Part shown: positions 12,846-25,526 of the stretch, one piece after another
How the letters are laid out: each line of letters begins with the position of its first letter
Numbering within the stretch: position 1 is the stretch's first letter
From: Squalus acanthias
Taxonomy: Eukaryota
Direction of reading: 5' to 3'
NCBI GenBank assembly: GCA_030390025.1
Contig: CM059432.1
Coordinates: 99,326,001-99,390,000, forward strand
Length of the DNA: 64,000 bases
Position numbers and translations under genes: made by a program
Notes under the pieces: generated by a model
Databases searched by the model: none
The model's input: only the letters and a program-made list of their open reading frames with translations
Told to the model about the DNA's origin: nothing

Positions 12846-14752
12846 GGCCGCGATTTTGCCGGCGTTCAGAGGGCAGGTTCGGGGGTGGGTCCGCTGTCAA
12901 AATTGAAATGATTGACGACAGGTTTGGAACCCGCTGCGAATCCGCCTCCATGTAAGTTTCCAAAGTGTCGGGTCTGCAATTTCAGAACATAAGAACATAA
13001 GAACATAAGAAATAGGAGCAGGAGTAGGCCAATCGGCCCCTCGAGCCTGCTCCGCCATTCAATAAGATCATGGCTGATCTGATCCTAACCGCCAATCTAC
13101 TATCTATCACATACCCGACACCAAGTGGCGGAGGAGGCATATAGGATTATTAACTGCTTATTAAGTGTTTGTTAAATACAATTTTGCCAGCCATTTTGTA
13201 TTTTCCCAGATTTTTAACGGGGTTCACGTCGTTCGGCGATCACGTCAGGTAAGTAGGTCGGGTTCTCTATGTCTCCCCATTGCTGTGAATAGGTGACAGC
13301 TGCAAAAGTGGTATGAAAGCTACCATTTCACAGCTGGTCACTTTCCAATGTCAGAAGCTTGAGCCTTCGGGACTTGGAAGACACTATTGAGCTGTATGGA
13401 GTTTGGAAGTGTTTGGAGTAAACTCTCTATCCACTGTCACCTCCTTGGAGCAAGCTCTCTCACCATTGACAGATTGCTTCTGTCATCTCAACTTCAGCTG
13501 TCATCTATTCCAGCAACATTGGTGCCCTTGAAAAAATTTCACCTTGGTCCTCTGAATCCCTCCACGATCAGCCCCAACACCAACATCACCAGGCACACCA
13601 ACATCACCAACAACAATACCAACCTTCTCCGCAATCACCTGATGCTGCACAGGACACAGGGCATCAGCACCCGACCACATTGCTGCCCAGGAGGCCAGCG
13701 ATGGCATCACCATGGCCAGATTTACTTCACGTGACGCTGTACACCCTGGCTGCCACATGATGCAGCAGGTTAACACCTCCCCATACCATCACAATAAAGC
13801 AATCCTACAATGACCAAGCCATTCCTTTCATACTCATCACCATTGCGGTGGATACCGTTATGTCTCACCAAACACTGCAACTCACTAAGACACTTCCAAA
13901 GGTGAGCACAGATATGTACAATAAGGCAAAGTGTGAAAATAAAGGTTTCAATGTTTGACAGCACATTAACAGAAAATTTACATGAACATTGCATAAAACG
14001 CCCAAGTGCCTACCCTTGTGTGTTGTTAGTTGGTATGATTGCAGTAGGATGAGGGTGAGTGTGAGGGGTGCCTAGTGAGATGGGGAAGTGATAATGTGGA
14101 TAGAGAGGGATGGGTGGAGGTGCAAGGTAAGTTGGTGTGAGTAAGGATGTGCAGGAGTAGGGTAGGGAAGGCAGAGTGATGGGGATGTGATGAGTGACAC
14201 AGCAGGATGAGGTTGAGTGTGGCTTTGCAGTAACGTTTCGTGATTACTGAGATCATTGAAACGTTTGTGCCACTGCAGCCTGGTCCTCCTGATGACATCC
14301 CTGCTTTTGCGCTCCTGTGCAATGTGCTACCAGGCTGCATTGATCTCCTGGGGAGGTCTCTTCCGCCCATTGGAAGGGAAAAGAACCTCCCTGCGTGCTG
14401 TGACACCCTCCATAAGCATATGGATGGAGTCATGGGAGAGCCTGGGTGCAGCCGTGCACCTTTGTGCAGTGCTTGTCAGTGTTTGCAGCACCTCAATGCT
14501 GCAGAACACTGACAGCACAACTGTCAAAATGAATGTGGACATGGTCCCTTCTCGAAACCGGCTGATGACGCGCCATCAAATGACGTCATCAGACCTGCTT
14601 CCCTTTCATTGGCCGGGAACCCCGCAGGGCGGGCTTAACAAGCCCTATTAATGGAAAATCCTTTTTCAGAGCGGCTGGAGTCGGGATCGGGACCGGATCC
14701 CGTCAACTACCTCTCCCGCCGCGAACTCGCCTTCGCTGGCAAAATCCAGCCC
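12846..14752. mobile_element. Non-autonomous, internally deleted Harbinger element
   Basis: TIRs GGCCGCGATTTTGCCGGCG / CGCTGGCAAAATCCAGCCC with TSD CAA. Myb exon-1 remnant on - (~14240-14460: APRLSHDS..EGVTARREVLFP...KRFNDL). Homologous to 48950-50616. Confidence 0.85.
12984..13100 (-). mobile_element. CR1 LINE 3' tail fragment nested in a Harbinger derivative
   Basis: (AGAACATA)3 octamer tail plus AGGAGCAGGAGTAGGCC..CGGCCCCTCGAGCCTG, the same 3' UTR as at 25527 and 52477. Confidence 0.85.
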
Positions 14753-15880
14753 CAAAAGATTGACCCAGTTGCTCGGCACAATAGACTTTAGATTTTTTTC
14801 ATAATTCTTAATTTAACACATATAAACCCACAGTGTTTCTACAAACATTTTCAGTCTTTTATGGAGATAATCCTTTTCTGTGATATCATTTGAATTGTAT
14901 TACTTTTTATGACAATCTATGAATTGATGGATCCACTCCTGATCGGTCCTGAGTGCACAGGGATGGCTGCTTAATCTTAAATTCATGGAATTGATCCTGA
15001 ATTGACATGGAAATTGCTGGAAAATGGAAATTTGTTTTTAAGCGTGGTTTATTAAAAATAAAATTTGCAGTGACAGTTTTTCAATACTGCATGAGGTACT
15101 GGAGATGAACCTGTGCCTCTCCTCTCGCAGAGGGTCAATGCCTGCAGGATAGAAAAGGAGGGGAGAAAATTGCATGGCAAAATGAATCGTAAACCCGTAA
15201 CAAAAGCAAAAGGTCTGCAGTCAATGCATTTTATTTGAATTAAATCTGTAACAATTTATCAAGCTTCTGCCAGTCAGAGCTCTGATACAAACAGCAATAA
15301 TGACACTTTACCCCTAAGGATGCACCACTGGAAATCTTATTTTAGTGCTGCATCAGATTATATTGTACACTTAAGCAGTATGCTGATTCTTGTAAATTTA
15401 AACCTTTGCTCCTTAATAATGTTTCTCCCCCATCCAATTTCCTTTTCTTTACCGCCCCCCCCACCCCTCCTGACTCACGTTGTCGTACAGTTCAACAGGT
15501 ATCTTATGCAAGTGGCCATTCTTAGGGGGAAAAATTCGGTATCGCCCATTTTGGGGCGCTAATATTGGCCGGGCGCAAAAATTATCACCCGACGCAAATT
15601 ATCGCCGGCGACCGGGAAATTCGTCTCCATCGCCCCTGGAGGTGATTGGAGCGCTAAATCAAGCATTACACACCTCTCTTAGGGCGCTAACATCGTGGAA
15701 CGAGGCGCTACCTCAGTGCACTACTCAAGCTCAGGCGATGTCAATTACCTCGTACTCAGACAGACTGGCGCCTTCCAGTTCTTAAAGGGGAGGGTCCATC
15801 TTGCTGCACAGCCTCACCCTGCTCATTGCAGCGTTTGACCTGGGCTTGCAAGGCGGTGTAAATCTGCAGCTAAGATTATC

Positions 15881-17000
15881 ATGGCTACTCAGAGGCCCAG
15901 GGAGAGAGCTCGCTGGTTTAGCGACCAGGCATTGGTGGCTCTGGTTGGCGCTGTGGAACGCCAACGGGCAGTGCTGCTCCCAGAGACTGGCAGGAGGCCA
16001 TTGCCCCGGGAGTTCACAAGGGTGTAGAGGGAGGTTGCCCATTACGTATCGTCCAGGAGCCTGGTCCAAAGGACTCATACGCAGTGCCGCAGGAAGTTCA
16101 ACGACCTCACTCTGGTGGTCAGGGTGAGTAGATGCTTGAAAAACCTCTAAAGCCCATCATCTCAACTTCACTCTGTGCAGACGGTGTAAATTCCCAAAAC
16201 CACAACATTCACCCAACAACCATGGCCATCTACTAATTGTCACATCCACATCCCACACCTTGCAGACATTAACGGCTATTCAACTACAGTAGGCATATCT
16301 GCCAAACACATGGCTGCACACTCACTCACACGCTGTCCTTTTTCTTGCAGGCCAAGCTTTCACATAAGAGGAGGGAGCAACAATGCACGGGAGGAGGACA
16401 GGCGGAGCTGCACCCCCTCACACAGCTGGAGGAGCGAGTTCACATATTCATCGCCAGTCATGTCGTGGGTGCTGTGGCCGTTGGAGAGGTCGACCTCTCT
16501 GAGGACAGCAATGGTATGTTCATCATTTCTCTCTCCTCTCTCATATCACTTCCCCCTCACAGCACCAGCCTTTCCTACTTTCCATCAAACAATACTGTCT
16601 CCATTCCTTGCTCCCTTCCTGTCCCCCTGCCCTCACGTTAAAGCCACTCTTGTACCTTCCTGCTTTCAGATAATGAGCTACCATCTGACCAGTCTGTCCC
16701 TCAGCCTCCCAGTGGCAGCGACACGGGAGAGGGGAGGAACACGAAGTCGACGCCTCACCGCCTGCGTCTCTGAAGGGCGAGACATCCGATACTGGGGCCA
16801 TGCGGTCACTGGAGGGGAACAGGGGATTTGGATCTCAAGTGGGTGAAGCTCCGGGACCCATCAGGTTGCAGCAATGCCATGGGGGAAGGGAAGCTCGGGG
16901 GCCATTTCCCCGGAGAGTGAGTGCGCGCACGAGTTCTGCTGCACAGGACTCGGATGAGGACCTTGATATTGCGGTGATGAATACTCAGGCGATGAGTATG
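15881..17000 (+). pseudogene. Harbinger Myb/SANT-like gene (exons 15881-16123, 16351-16513, 16670-~17000), 3' part deleted
   Basis: MATQRPRERARWFSDQALVALVGAVE...; donors GTGAGT and GTATGT, acceptors TTGCAG and TTTCAG. TAG in exon 1 and a frameshift in exon 3; the region homologous to 10469-11158 is absent. Confidence 0.85.
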
Positions 17001-17266
17001 AGTTGGATGTGTATGTTAATATATTGTTCACTGTTAAGACTTATCGCGATGTGGTAAGAACCAGTTTGGTATGTGAATGACTTGTTGTGTTTGTTTGTTA
17101 TTGGTTGTGCTTAATAAGACACAGTTGTTCAGAAAAATATTTTTTTTTATTGAAACGTTACAACTTTGCTCATTTTACACATTAGTGCTTTGCCTGGTAA
17201 TAGGGGCTGCGGGATGGCTGTAATGATGTGCTTCTTCATCCCAAAAGCCATCTTCTCTGTCGTTCA

Positions 17267-18437
17267 TCAGAAGCGGTGTCTTATGAGGCGTTCACGATCG
17301 GCCCGTGCAGAAGCAACATTGAGCGCCTCCCTCCCACGTTGTTGCTGCTCCTCCTCCTCTTCATCCTCCTCCACCACCTCCTGCTCCTCCTCTCCCTCGT
17401 CCTCCTCCTGAGGTGGTCCACCAGTCCCTGGTGGCAATGGCTGGATCCTCAGAATTGCGAGGTTGTGAAGCATGCAGCACACAACAATGAAAGCCGAAAC
17501 TCGATTGGGGGAAGTACTGCAAGGCTTCTCCAGAGTGGTCAAGACACCGGAACCATTGCTTCAGCACGCCGATCGTCTGTTCAATGAGGTTCCTAGTGGC
17601 GTTATGGCTCTCATTGTATGCGAGCTCAGCAGGAGTGTTGGGGTTACGGAGCGGTGTCATCAACCAGGTGCAGAGTGGATAACCCTTGTCCCCGAGGAGC
17701 CAGCCACGAGCTTGATGTGGTGGTTGGAACAGGTCTGGGACACCAGTCTGGCGAAAGATGAATGCATCGTGGCTGCTGCCAGGATAGCGGGCATTGACGG
17801 CGAGGATGCGTTGTATGTGGTTGCAAACCAACTGGATGTTGAGAGAGTGGAAGGCTTTGCGGTTGTGGAAAACCTCTACATTTTCATGAGGAGCCCGCAA
17901 TGACACGTGTGTGCAGTCAATGGCGCCCTGAACCATGGGGAAGCCCGCTATCCTAGTGAAGCCACATGCGCGTTTACGCTGTTTGTCTCGGGTCATGGGG
18001 AATGAGATGTACTCCCTTCTCCTTTTGTAGAGAGCATTTGTGACCTCCCGGATGCAACAATGGATGGCGAACTGGGAGATATTCGCAATATCCCCTGTTG
18101 AATCCGGGAAGGAGCTGCTGACGTAGAAATTGAGAGCCACCATCACCTTCACTGCCACCGACAGAGACGTCCTGATCCTGAGCTGAGACTCAAGCTCTGG
18201 CTGTCGGAGGTGGCAGAGCTCAGTGACCATCTCCTTGCTGAAGCGCAGCCTTCTAAAACACTGCTCCTCAGACAGATGGATATATGAGAATTGCTCCCGG
18301 AATACCCTGGAGGGTAAGGTCTCCTGTGCAGAGCCCTGTTGGCCCTCCTCCCTCTGGCCATGTTTTCCAATCTCTCTCTCCGCTGCCTCCGAACGGTGAA
18401 GCTGGAGGACGACGCCCCGTGCTAGTACAGCCCCCAT
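17267..18437 (-). pseudogene. HARBI1-like DDE transposase (frameshifted)
   Basis: ORFs 17361-18527 and 17267-17542 give GAIDCTH, YPGSSHDA, LLGDKGY, IEQTIGVLKQWFRCL and CCMLHNLA, plus an acidic tail. Confidence 0.92.
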
Positions 18438-20321
18438 TAAATCTTCTAAATGTGGTAGTAATAAAGCTGACAGAAATGGGAACCTGAAAAGTCTTGCTGA
18501 GGAACAAAACTCCTTGTAGGACAGCATTAAATGTCTCCAGATGTCTCTCTCACTCTCTCAACCTGTGTATGCAGAATATTTTGCCAACAGGAAAAAGCAG
18601 TAAGTGTACACCTTTAAATAGAGCTCCCCAGCTCCCAGCCGACTGCAAAACGTTCTCCTCTACCTGTCGTTCCTAGCGGCAGGTGCTGAGGCAGGGGCCG
18701 AGAATCAATTTCCGGTCCGGGGCGCTACCGGGGCGATGCGCGCTTCGATTATGTCACGATCTCTGGGTGCAGCAGATCATGGCAGTAATGTTTAGCACCA
18801 TCGTTAACCGCCAGGTCAATTTCGCGGGCGGCGCTAAAATCGCTGCGCTCAGGCGGTAAGTCGTTGGCGACCCCCGGAGGCGCTAACGGGAGGCACTAAC
18901 CAACCAAATTTTTCCCCCTTAATATCTAAACCTAGATAATGAGGAGGCTAGTGAAACATGGTCATCTCCTCCCATCCCAATTCTGAACACATCCTATGTT
19001 CTTACACATGCACTTTCCAATGTTAATAAAGAGCCGGGGCCCTGGCCAGTTTTTCTCTCCCTAGCCCAGGGGCATTCATGTCAATTGTAGCACATATAAA
19101 CCTGGAAATTACTGTTGTCATAAACCATTACACCATTGATAATTGGGGAAGAAGTGACAGAAAAATCAAGAGTAGGTTTTACAAATGAATGCTCCTGGAA
19201 CAGGGGGCCCAGATATTTATGAACAGAAAATCATGTGGAGCTCACTGACTGTGAACCAGTGAATTCTCAATATGTGATCCCAGGGCACAAAATCGTGCCA
19301 GGAGCATAAATCTACTTTCTATTCTTATTAATTGCCAGTTAATGAGGTAGTGAACCATATTGTTGACCTTGTATTTTGCGTGTGTGATACATTCTTTATA
19401 CTCATAGAGAGTAGGTGTTGGGAGCAGAGGAATCATCAGTTGCAGCGGGGAGTCCTGTGCTGTGTTCTGTTCTTTAAATCACTCCGGGGAACTCTGCAGC
19501 ATTATTTTGCTGATATCACTAGAGAATTCTCACTATCCTCTGTTGCTGACATCATTGGGAAGTCCTGCAGGATCAGCTGTTAGTGACAGAAAGTTGGACC
19601 GCAGGCAGTACTCAATGGACATTGCATTCGAGCTCCTCTAGCACTGGCCTTAGTGGAAGAAAATGAACAGGAGCAGGAATAGGCATGGACTGCCAGAGAA
19701 GTTAGATAGCACCAATATCATACTACCTGGACCTGCTGCTATGATACCCAGTTACAGCTAGTTGTGATAAAGGTGAGGAGCAGTGCCTTCTAAGGCTATA
19801 GCTTAGCAGGGACACAATGACTGAGCTGTGCTATCTGCCACAGGAAGACTCTAGCCATTGTTTGTCATCTGCACAGTACTGCTAGGATCAGTCAAGGTCA
19901 CCATGACTCTCAATTTCTATTCATTTGGCTACTTCTAGGTTTGCACTGGAAACATCTGCAATGTTTTTCAGTCTGCTACCCATGGATGTACCAAGGAAGT
20001 GACTGAAGTTTTATTTAGCAGGGCCAATGACTTAATTACTTTTGACTTTGACCAACAATAGGGCAATACAATACCATCCCACCACTGACTTTTCATGAGT
20101 ACAGGGGTTATTGAGTAACCCATGTAAGCATTCAGGCCTCTGTTCATAATTCAGTGGTCTTTGTGAACAGAAAGGGGTTCTACTATCTGAATGCTCAGCT
20201 GGTCTGTGGCCAGTGACCAGTTCTGCAGCACTCTGACAATGCATTTATTTTGAGACAATCATCTATGACACCATTAGTGTTAGAGGAAATTACAGTGCAA
20301 GGCTGTCTCCTAGGAACAGAA

Positions 20322-21640
20322 GCATAGTGGTTATTTTATTGGACTAGTAATCCAGAGGCCTGAACTAATAATCCAGAGACTCTGGGCTGGATTTTACCAG
20401 CCCTGAGGAGACAGGTTTGGAGGCGGGACAGCTGGGAAAATGGGAAAAATTGGGAGCGGGTCCCAACCCCACTCCCAACCCACCTCCGAACCATCTTCCC
20501 GGGAGGCGGGTCCCCGACTCGCACATGGACCCATCTCCTTGCGGCGGGAAGGGGATTAGAGCCAATCAACTGCCTGTTAACAGGTAGCTAACAGGCAGCT
20601 AAGAGGCTTTTCACCATTTTACGCCTGCCTGCTGATGCAGGCTTTCCGATGTCAGGGAACCCTGCCAGGGTCAGCGAGGGGAGCTGTGGGTTTGCTGCAG
20701 TGTAAGTGTGCAAATGACAGCTGCAGAGGTAGTGTGATGGGTGCAATGGTGCACAGGTAAGTATAACAGGTGAGAGAATGTAGTGAGAAATATTTTTATT
20801 ATGTTTATATGTTTCTGCAGGTGATAAGATTTGATGTTTATGGGAAGCCTCATCTGATCGGGAGAATTGACAGATGACTTCTGCAATCTCACATGCAGCT
20901 GCCATCTGTTTTCTCCTAAGGAGAGAGTCATTGGTGAGCCTGGGAGCAAGGGCTCACCTTTGGACAGTGATTGTCAGTGTTTGACAGCACCTCAATGCTG
21001 TCAAACACTGACAATTCATCTGTCAAAAAATTATGTTGCCGGTCACTTTAACAAAACCAGCAGATGAAGGTCATGCACTGACGTCATCTGACACCGGCTT
21101 TCCCTTAATTAGCCGGCAAGCCTGCAAGGTGGGCTTAACAAGGCCAATCAGGGGAAAATAGCGTCAAGTCATCAGACGTCACTGGGGGCGGGACTAGAAC
21201 CCGGAAACCAGCAGCACCGCCCCAACGCGCCTCCTCAGGTAAGATCCCGGCCTCTGAGTTCAAATCCCACCATGGCAGCTAGGGAATTTAAATTCAGTTA
21301 AATAAATCTGGAATTAAAAAGCTAGCATCAGTAATGGTGACCAGGAAACTACCGGATTGTTGTAAAAACCCATCTGGTTCACTAATGTCCTTTAGGGAAG
21401 GAAAGCTGCCATCCTTACCCAGTCTGGCCTATATATGACTCCAGACCCACAGCAATGTGGTTGACTCTTAACCAACCTCTGAAATGGCCTAGCAAGCCAC
21501 TCAGTTGTATCGAACCGCTATGACAAAGTCACCACAAGGACTACAGCGGTTCAAGGAGGCAGCTCACCACGGGAAATGAGGGCAATAAATGCCGGCCTTG
21601 CCAGCGATGCCCACATCCCGTGAACGAATAAATTAAAAAA
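20322..21640 (+). mobile_element. tRNA-headed SINE or bipartite non-autonomous derivative of the Zenon-like LINE, split by a MITE at 20384-21252
   Basis: A-box-like GCATAGTGG and B box GAGTTCAAATCC. The 5' ~330 bp match the 5' end of the LINEs at 28001-31030 and 45511-48807; the 3' tail GGACTACAGCGGTTCAAG...GGGCAATAAATGCCGGCCTTGCCAGCGATGCCCACATCCC matches the LINE 3' end. Confidence 0.85.
20384..21252. mobile_element. Harbinger non-autonomous element/MITE
   Basis: TIRs GGGCTGGATTTTACC / GGTAAGATCCCGGCC with TSD TCT; right part resembles 14480-14650. Confidence 0.85.
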
Positions 21641-22717
21641 GACCAAGGCAACCCTCTTCAGTGCTGACTAATGCCAATCATAGACAGAAGCAAAACAGAG
21701 ATACAATGAAATCCTTAAAGTCATTTGGATTATTATTAAACATATACCATTGTCAACTTGAAGCAGCCCTTCTGATGTCTGCACAGATCATTGGACAATT
21801 TATAGTGCACCCCATCACATCTGCATGCTCCATAATTTTGTATATAAAGAGGCCTAAGCATGGAGACTAAAGAGGAGAATGAAAAAATAGCTTGGAAGAC
21901 TGGTGCACCATCTAAGATACATTCCACTAAGTGCCTGAGCTGCCCCTTTAAAGAACCCTATTATCCTCACAATCCACAGAAACTGGCTCATCACATTCAT
22001 TAACACTGTTGTCAGCATTTCTTCTGCTTCGGTCATTGCTATAGTGGTGTCATGCTATAGTGATATACATAATTACAAAGACATTCACAGCAGAATGCAC
22101 AAGTATAAAAATTATAAAAGAAATTCTGTGATATATGATGGCAGTGTACTTTGCCCATTGCTTCTTGTGCTGTATTTTAGATGTGTGACACCTAACCTCG
22201 ACTATTTGTAAGTAGTTGCCTTGTGAAAAGAATAAGTATGTTTGTTCACTGCTGGATTTCGCTGACAGCCTGTTGGGTTTTGTTAGGTCTCATTGGGTTT
22301 GAATTGATAGGGCTTTCCATGTGTCTTAGCCATGTCCGAGACTGTAGTGGCTAACTAGTCTTGGATACTTTATGCTATAGCTCCCATGCCTGATGCGGTC
22401 GGCAGACACTTTTGGAAGGGAATGGCCATCTATCCTTTTATGTATGTGCCTTCTCTTCCTGAGTCCTTGTGAAAAGTTTTGAGCTCCTGATCCATCAAAC
22501 TGGCAGTCAGTAATGCATAAATCTACAGCATTCAATAATTAACTAGTTTTGCCTTCCCAATGCTATTTCGGGTAATTTTTGGCTCATAATTACAGTTCTC
22601 AGCTGATTTAGAGGATTTAATGCTGCTCTCTTATCATTGGCTAGCTTACTATATGGGAGAGGAGTCCAATAGTTTTACCCACAGACCAAAAGCAGCAATA
22701 TTATGGGTAAATATCAT

Positions 22718-23030
22718 TCGACAGAACCTCCCAACCCATGACCTCCACCGCCTAGAAGGACAAGGGCAGAAGGTGCATGGGAAGACCATCACCTCCAAGT
22801 TTCCCTCCAAGTCACACACCATCCTGACTTAGACATATATCGGTGTTCCTTCCTTGTCACTGGGTCAAAATCCTGGAACTCCCCCAACAGCACTGTGGGA
22901 GTACCTTCATCACATGGACTGCAGCGGCTCAAGAAGAAGGCTCACCATCACCTTCTCAAGGGCAGCTAGGGATGGGCAATATATGCTGGCCTTGCTAAGG
23001 ACACCCATATCTCAAGAATTAATTTAAATT
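22718..23030 (+). mobile_element. 3' fragment of the Zenon-like CR1 LINE
   Basis: Matches the reverse complement of 28001-28285 and 45511-45800 (CTAGAAGGACAAGGGCAG...CCTTCTCAAGGGCA...GGGATGGGCAAT). Confidence 0.85.
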
Positions 23031-24199
23031 ATTCAGCAGGAATAAAATCTCTTAGAAACTTTTAGCAATCAACTGTTTGCTCAAGATTGGTACACAAACA
23101 GCAATTTCCAGGCTGTAATGCTTCATCAGCTAAGATTAGTTACCAGAACAAGGATCGTACCTAGGATGTTCATAGTTTGTAGGACTCAGTACCACACCAG
23201 GTAGCACAATTAATCACTGAGGCATTGATCAGACTCTACTTTTAATTTTATATGCACCCTTTAATGTCTATAGTCCACCATTCACAAAACATCCAGTTGC
23301 ACAGCAAATATAGAAACATACCTTGAGCTTCAAAATGTTGTCACACTTTTTGGAGAAACTCTTTCACTTCAAAATCATCCAGGAGATATAAATAAGATCA
23401 ATTGCTAATTAACTCACTGTAGAGACAACCAAGTGAAGAAAGGAAAATCATTAAAACAAAACTCCCCTACAAAGATTAGGTGGTTGTCATGCAAATGATG
23501 AAATGATTTCTTGCTGTGTTGAAGAATAGAATATTCAAATTCATCTTAGCTGTGTGCAACAGCACAGACCCCATTTGCTAAGGTTACAACCCCTGAAACA
23601 GTGAAAATTAATTTGTCATTTGTTAAAATAATTGCCCTCTGAGCTACAAAGGAGATAATAAAAATCTGCTTACGGGCCACAATTCATACATTTATTTTGT
23701 GAAATAAAGCTAGGAGGAATTGAACAATGTTACAATCTCACTCAACACATTAATCTCGTATCTTGATGATTAAAACAACTACTTAACTACATAAATAGCC
23801 GTTGAAAGTATTAATTTATGGCACACAACATGGTTATTTTTCAACACATAACAAAAAGATCAACAGGGTCAGCTGATACCAGTCAGGGCTCTTCAAAGTA
23901 ACTAATGATTCAAAAGCGCAAGACATTCAAAAAATATGATTAAGAAGAAAATGTTGAACAAAATGTTTACTGTTTATAAATAAAATTAATTATGAAGTAA
24001 ATCAAAAATCCCAAACACATTAAAATCCACATGAGATTTTGCTTCCAAGTATAATGGAGGCTCTATGTTGATCTTAGGTCAAACACAGTTATCACATCAA
24101 CTGCGAACATCAATTGGGAAATGGAATTTTAAATAAATAAATATTTAAAGACCATTTTAAGAGATGTGGAAGGATGTAAATCCCTGTGAGACAAAAAAA

Positions 24200-25045
24200 C
24201 TAAAAGCAGAGTGCATTTATGAGGAGGCCAAAATAATCTAAAGGACAAGTAGAAATATTTTACAAAGATATATTGGAAAACAAAAGGTAATGAGGATTGG
24301 GAGTCATTACAAAAGTCAATCGAGGATGACTAAAATGAATATCAGAAAGGGTGAGAAGACAATAGAATAGATTATAATTTACAGCAGAGGGATGAAAAAA
24401 CATTTAAATTAATTAAGTAGCAGATGGGATGTTAAAGACCAGAAAGTTCATTTAAAGGATAAATTGGGTACAGGATAAGAAAATGTCCAACGTGTTAAAT
24501 GGTTTCTTTCCATCTTCACAATTGAAAATGATAGACAAATTACAGATTCAGTTGTTTTGATAGAAGAATCACTAATATATATAGATGTCAGTAACGTGTG
24601 TGTTATGAGGAAAGTCAAGGTATTAAAGACCAGAAGTTATAACTGCTGGTATTAACAAATGAGCATTTAATGCCTTTGTTCTGCACATTCCTTTTTTCTG
24701 CTATTTTAGCAAGGTCTTAACCTATATAAAACAAATAGCTTAATGATGGTGTTAAAATAGTCTGTTGCTGATATTACTAGACAAACATTTAACCTGTTTA
24801 TATAATGTTCAAAGTGTTGCACAAATAGGTTATGCATTTAATTCCTATTGAAGACTAAAGTCTGGGTGACATACACAAATCTTCAAGGAAATAAATAGTT
24901 CAGACTCTGGGAAATAGTTTTAGAAGTTCCATGAATAAAAAGGCTGTGACTAAGGGTTAAATTACAGCAAATGTTATCCCAATATTCAAAAAAAGGAGCA
25001 AAACATGAATCCTAGAATTATAGACAAGTTAGCTTAGCATCCAAA
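24200..25045 (+). mobile_element. Old, decayed CR1 ORF2 remnant
   Basis: ANVIPIFKK...NYRQVSLAS-like stretch at ~24965-25040 and an LNGFF-like stretch near 24495; the rest is poorly readable. Confidence 0.45.
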
Positions 25046-25526
25046 TGCAAAGGGGCATTGATATGATGAAGCAGAATAACAAGATAAAGCAAAGACCTAG
25101 CATAATATTAATATGCTTCAAACAAGCATGGAATTTAGGCTGCTGGCAAAATGAAATATAACCGCTTGAGGCTAATTACCTGTGTTCTCTATCCCTGTGC
25201 TTACAGTCCAAGTGAAATACTCTGCTTGCATCTACATCTACATCTATCCCTATCAACATTTTAAATACCTGAAATAAGTTCAGCTATGGTAGTAGAAATC
25301 ATGACAGAGCAAAGTATATGTGGTTTGTAAAAGGAACTGGTTTGATGGATTAAACAGCCTTTTATAGCTCTAAAGATCTTTCTGTTCTTACTTATGCCTT
25401 AACACTACCTTCAAGTACAGAAGGAATACTGGAGACATATAAAGTGAATATTGACGGGGAATTTCCCATTCCACCGCTGTAACATCGGCAAAAATCTGAT
25501 TTATACATGTAAGTTGGGTTTCCTTT

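Larger units (their letters stand above)
15525..18918 (-). mobile_element. PIF/Harbinger DNA transposon, copy B (both TIRs, TSD TTA)
   Basis: TIRs GGGGGAAAAATTCGGT / ACCAAATTTTTCCCCC; TTA on both sides (15522-15524, 18919-18921). Same family as copy A, in opposite orientation. Confidence 0.95.
19610..21860 (+). pseudogene. Old, highly decayed Harbinger transposase remnant interrupted by SINE and MITE insertions
   Basis: Translatable pieces EEQCLLRL, VKVTMTLNFYS, KEVTEVLFSRANDLITF and GCLLG before 20320; DQGNPL and CMLHNF resume after 21640. Confidence 0.6.

Noticed and set aside
13387..13776. ORFs conserved with 49354-49758, suggesting a novel small gene
   Set aside because: The conservation is explained by two copies of the same non-autonomous Harbinger derivative; no domain motif recognised.
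17361..18527. 388-aa ORF as the domesticated host gene HARBI1
   Set aside because: It lies inside TIRs with a TSD, is frameshifted, and has multiple decayed paralogues in the window, so it is a transposon copy.
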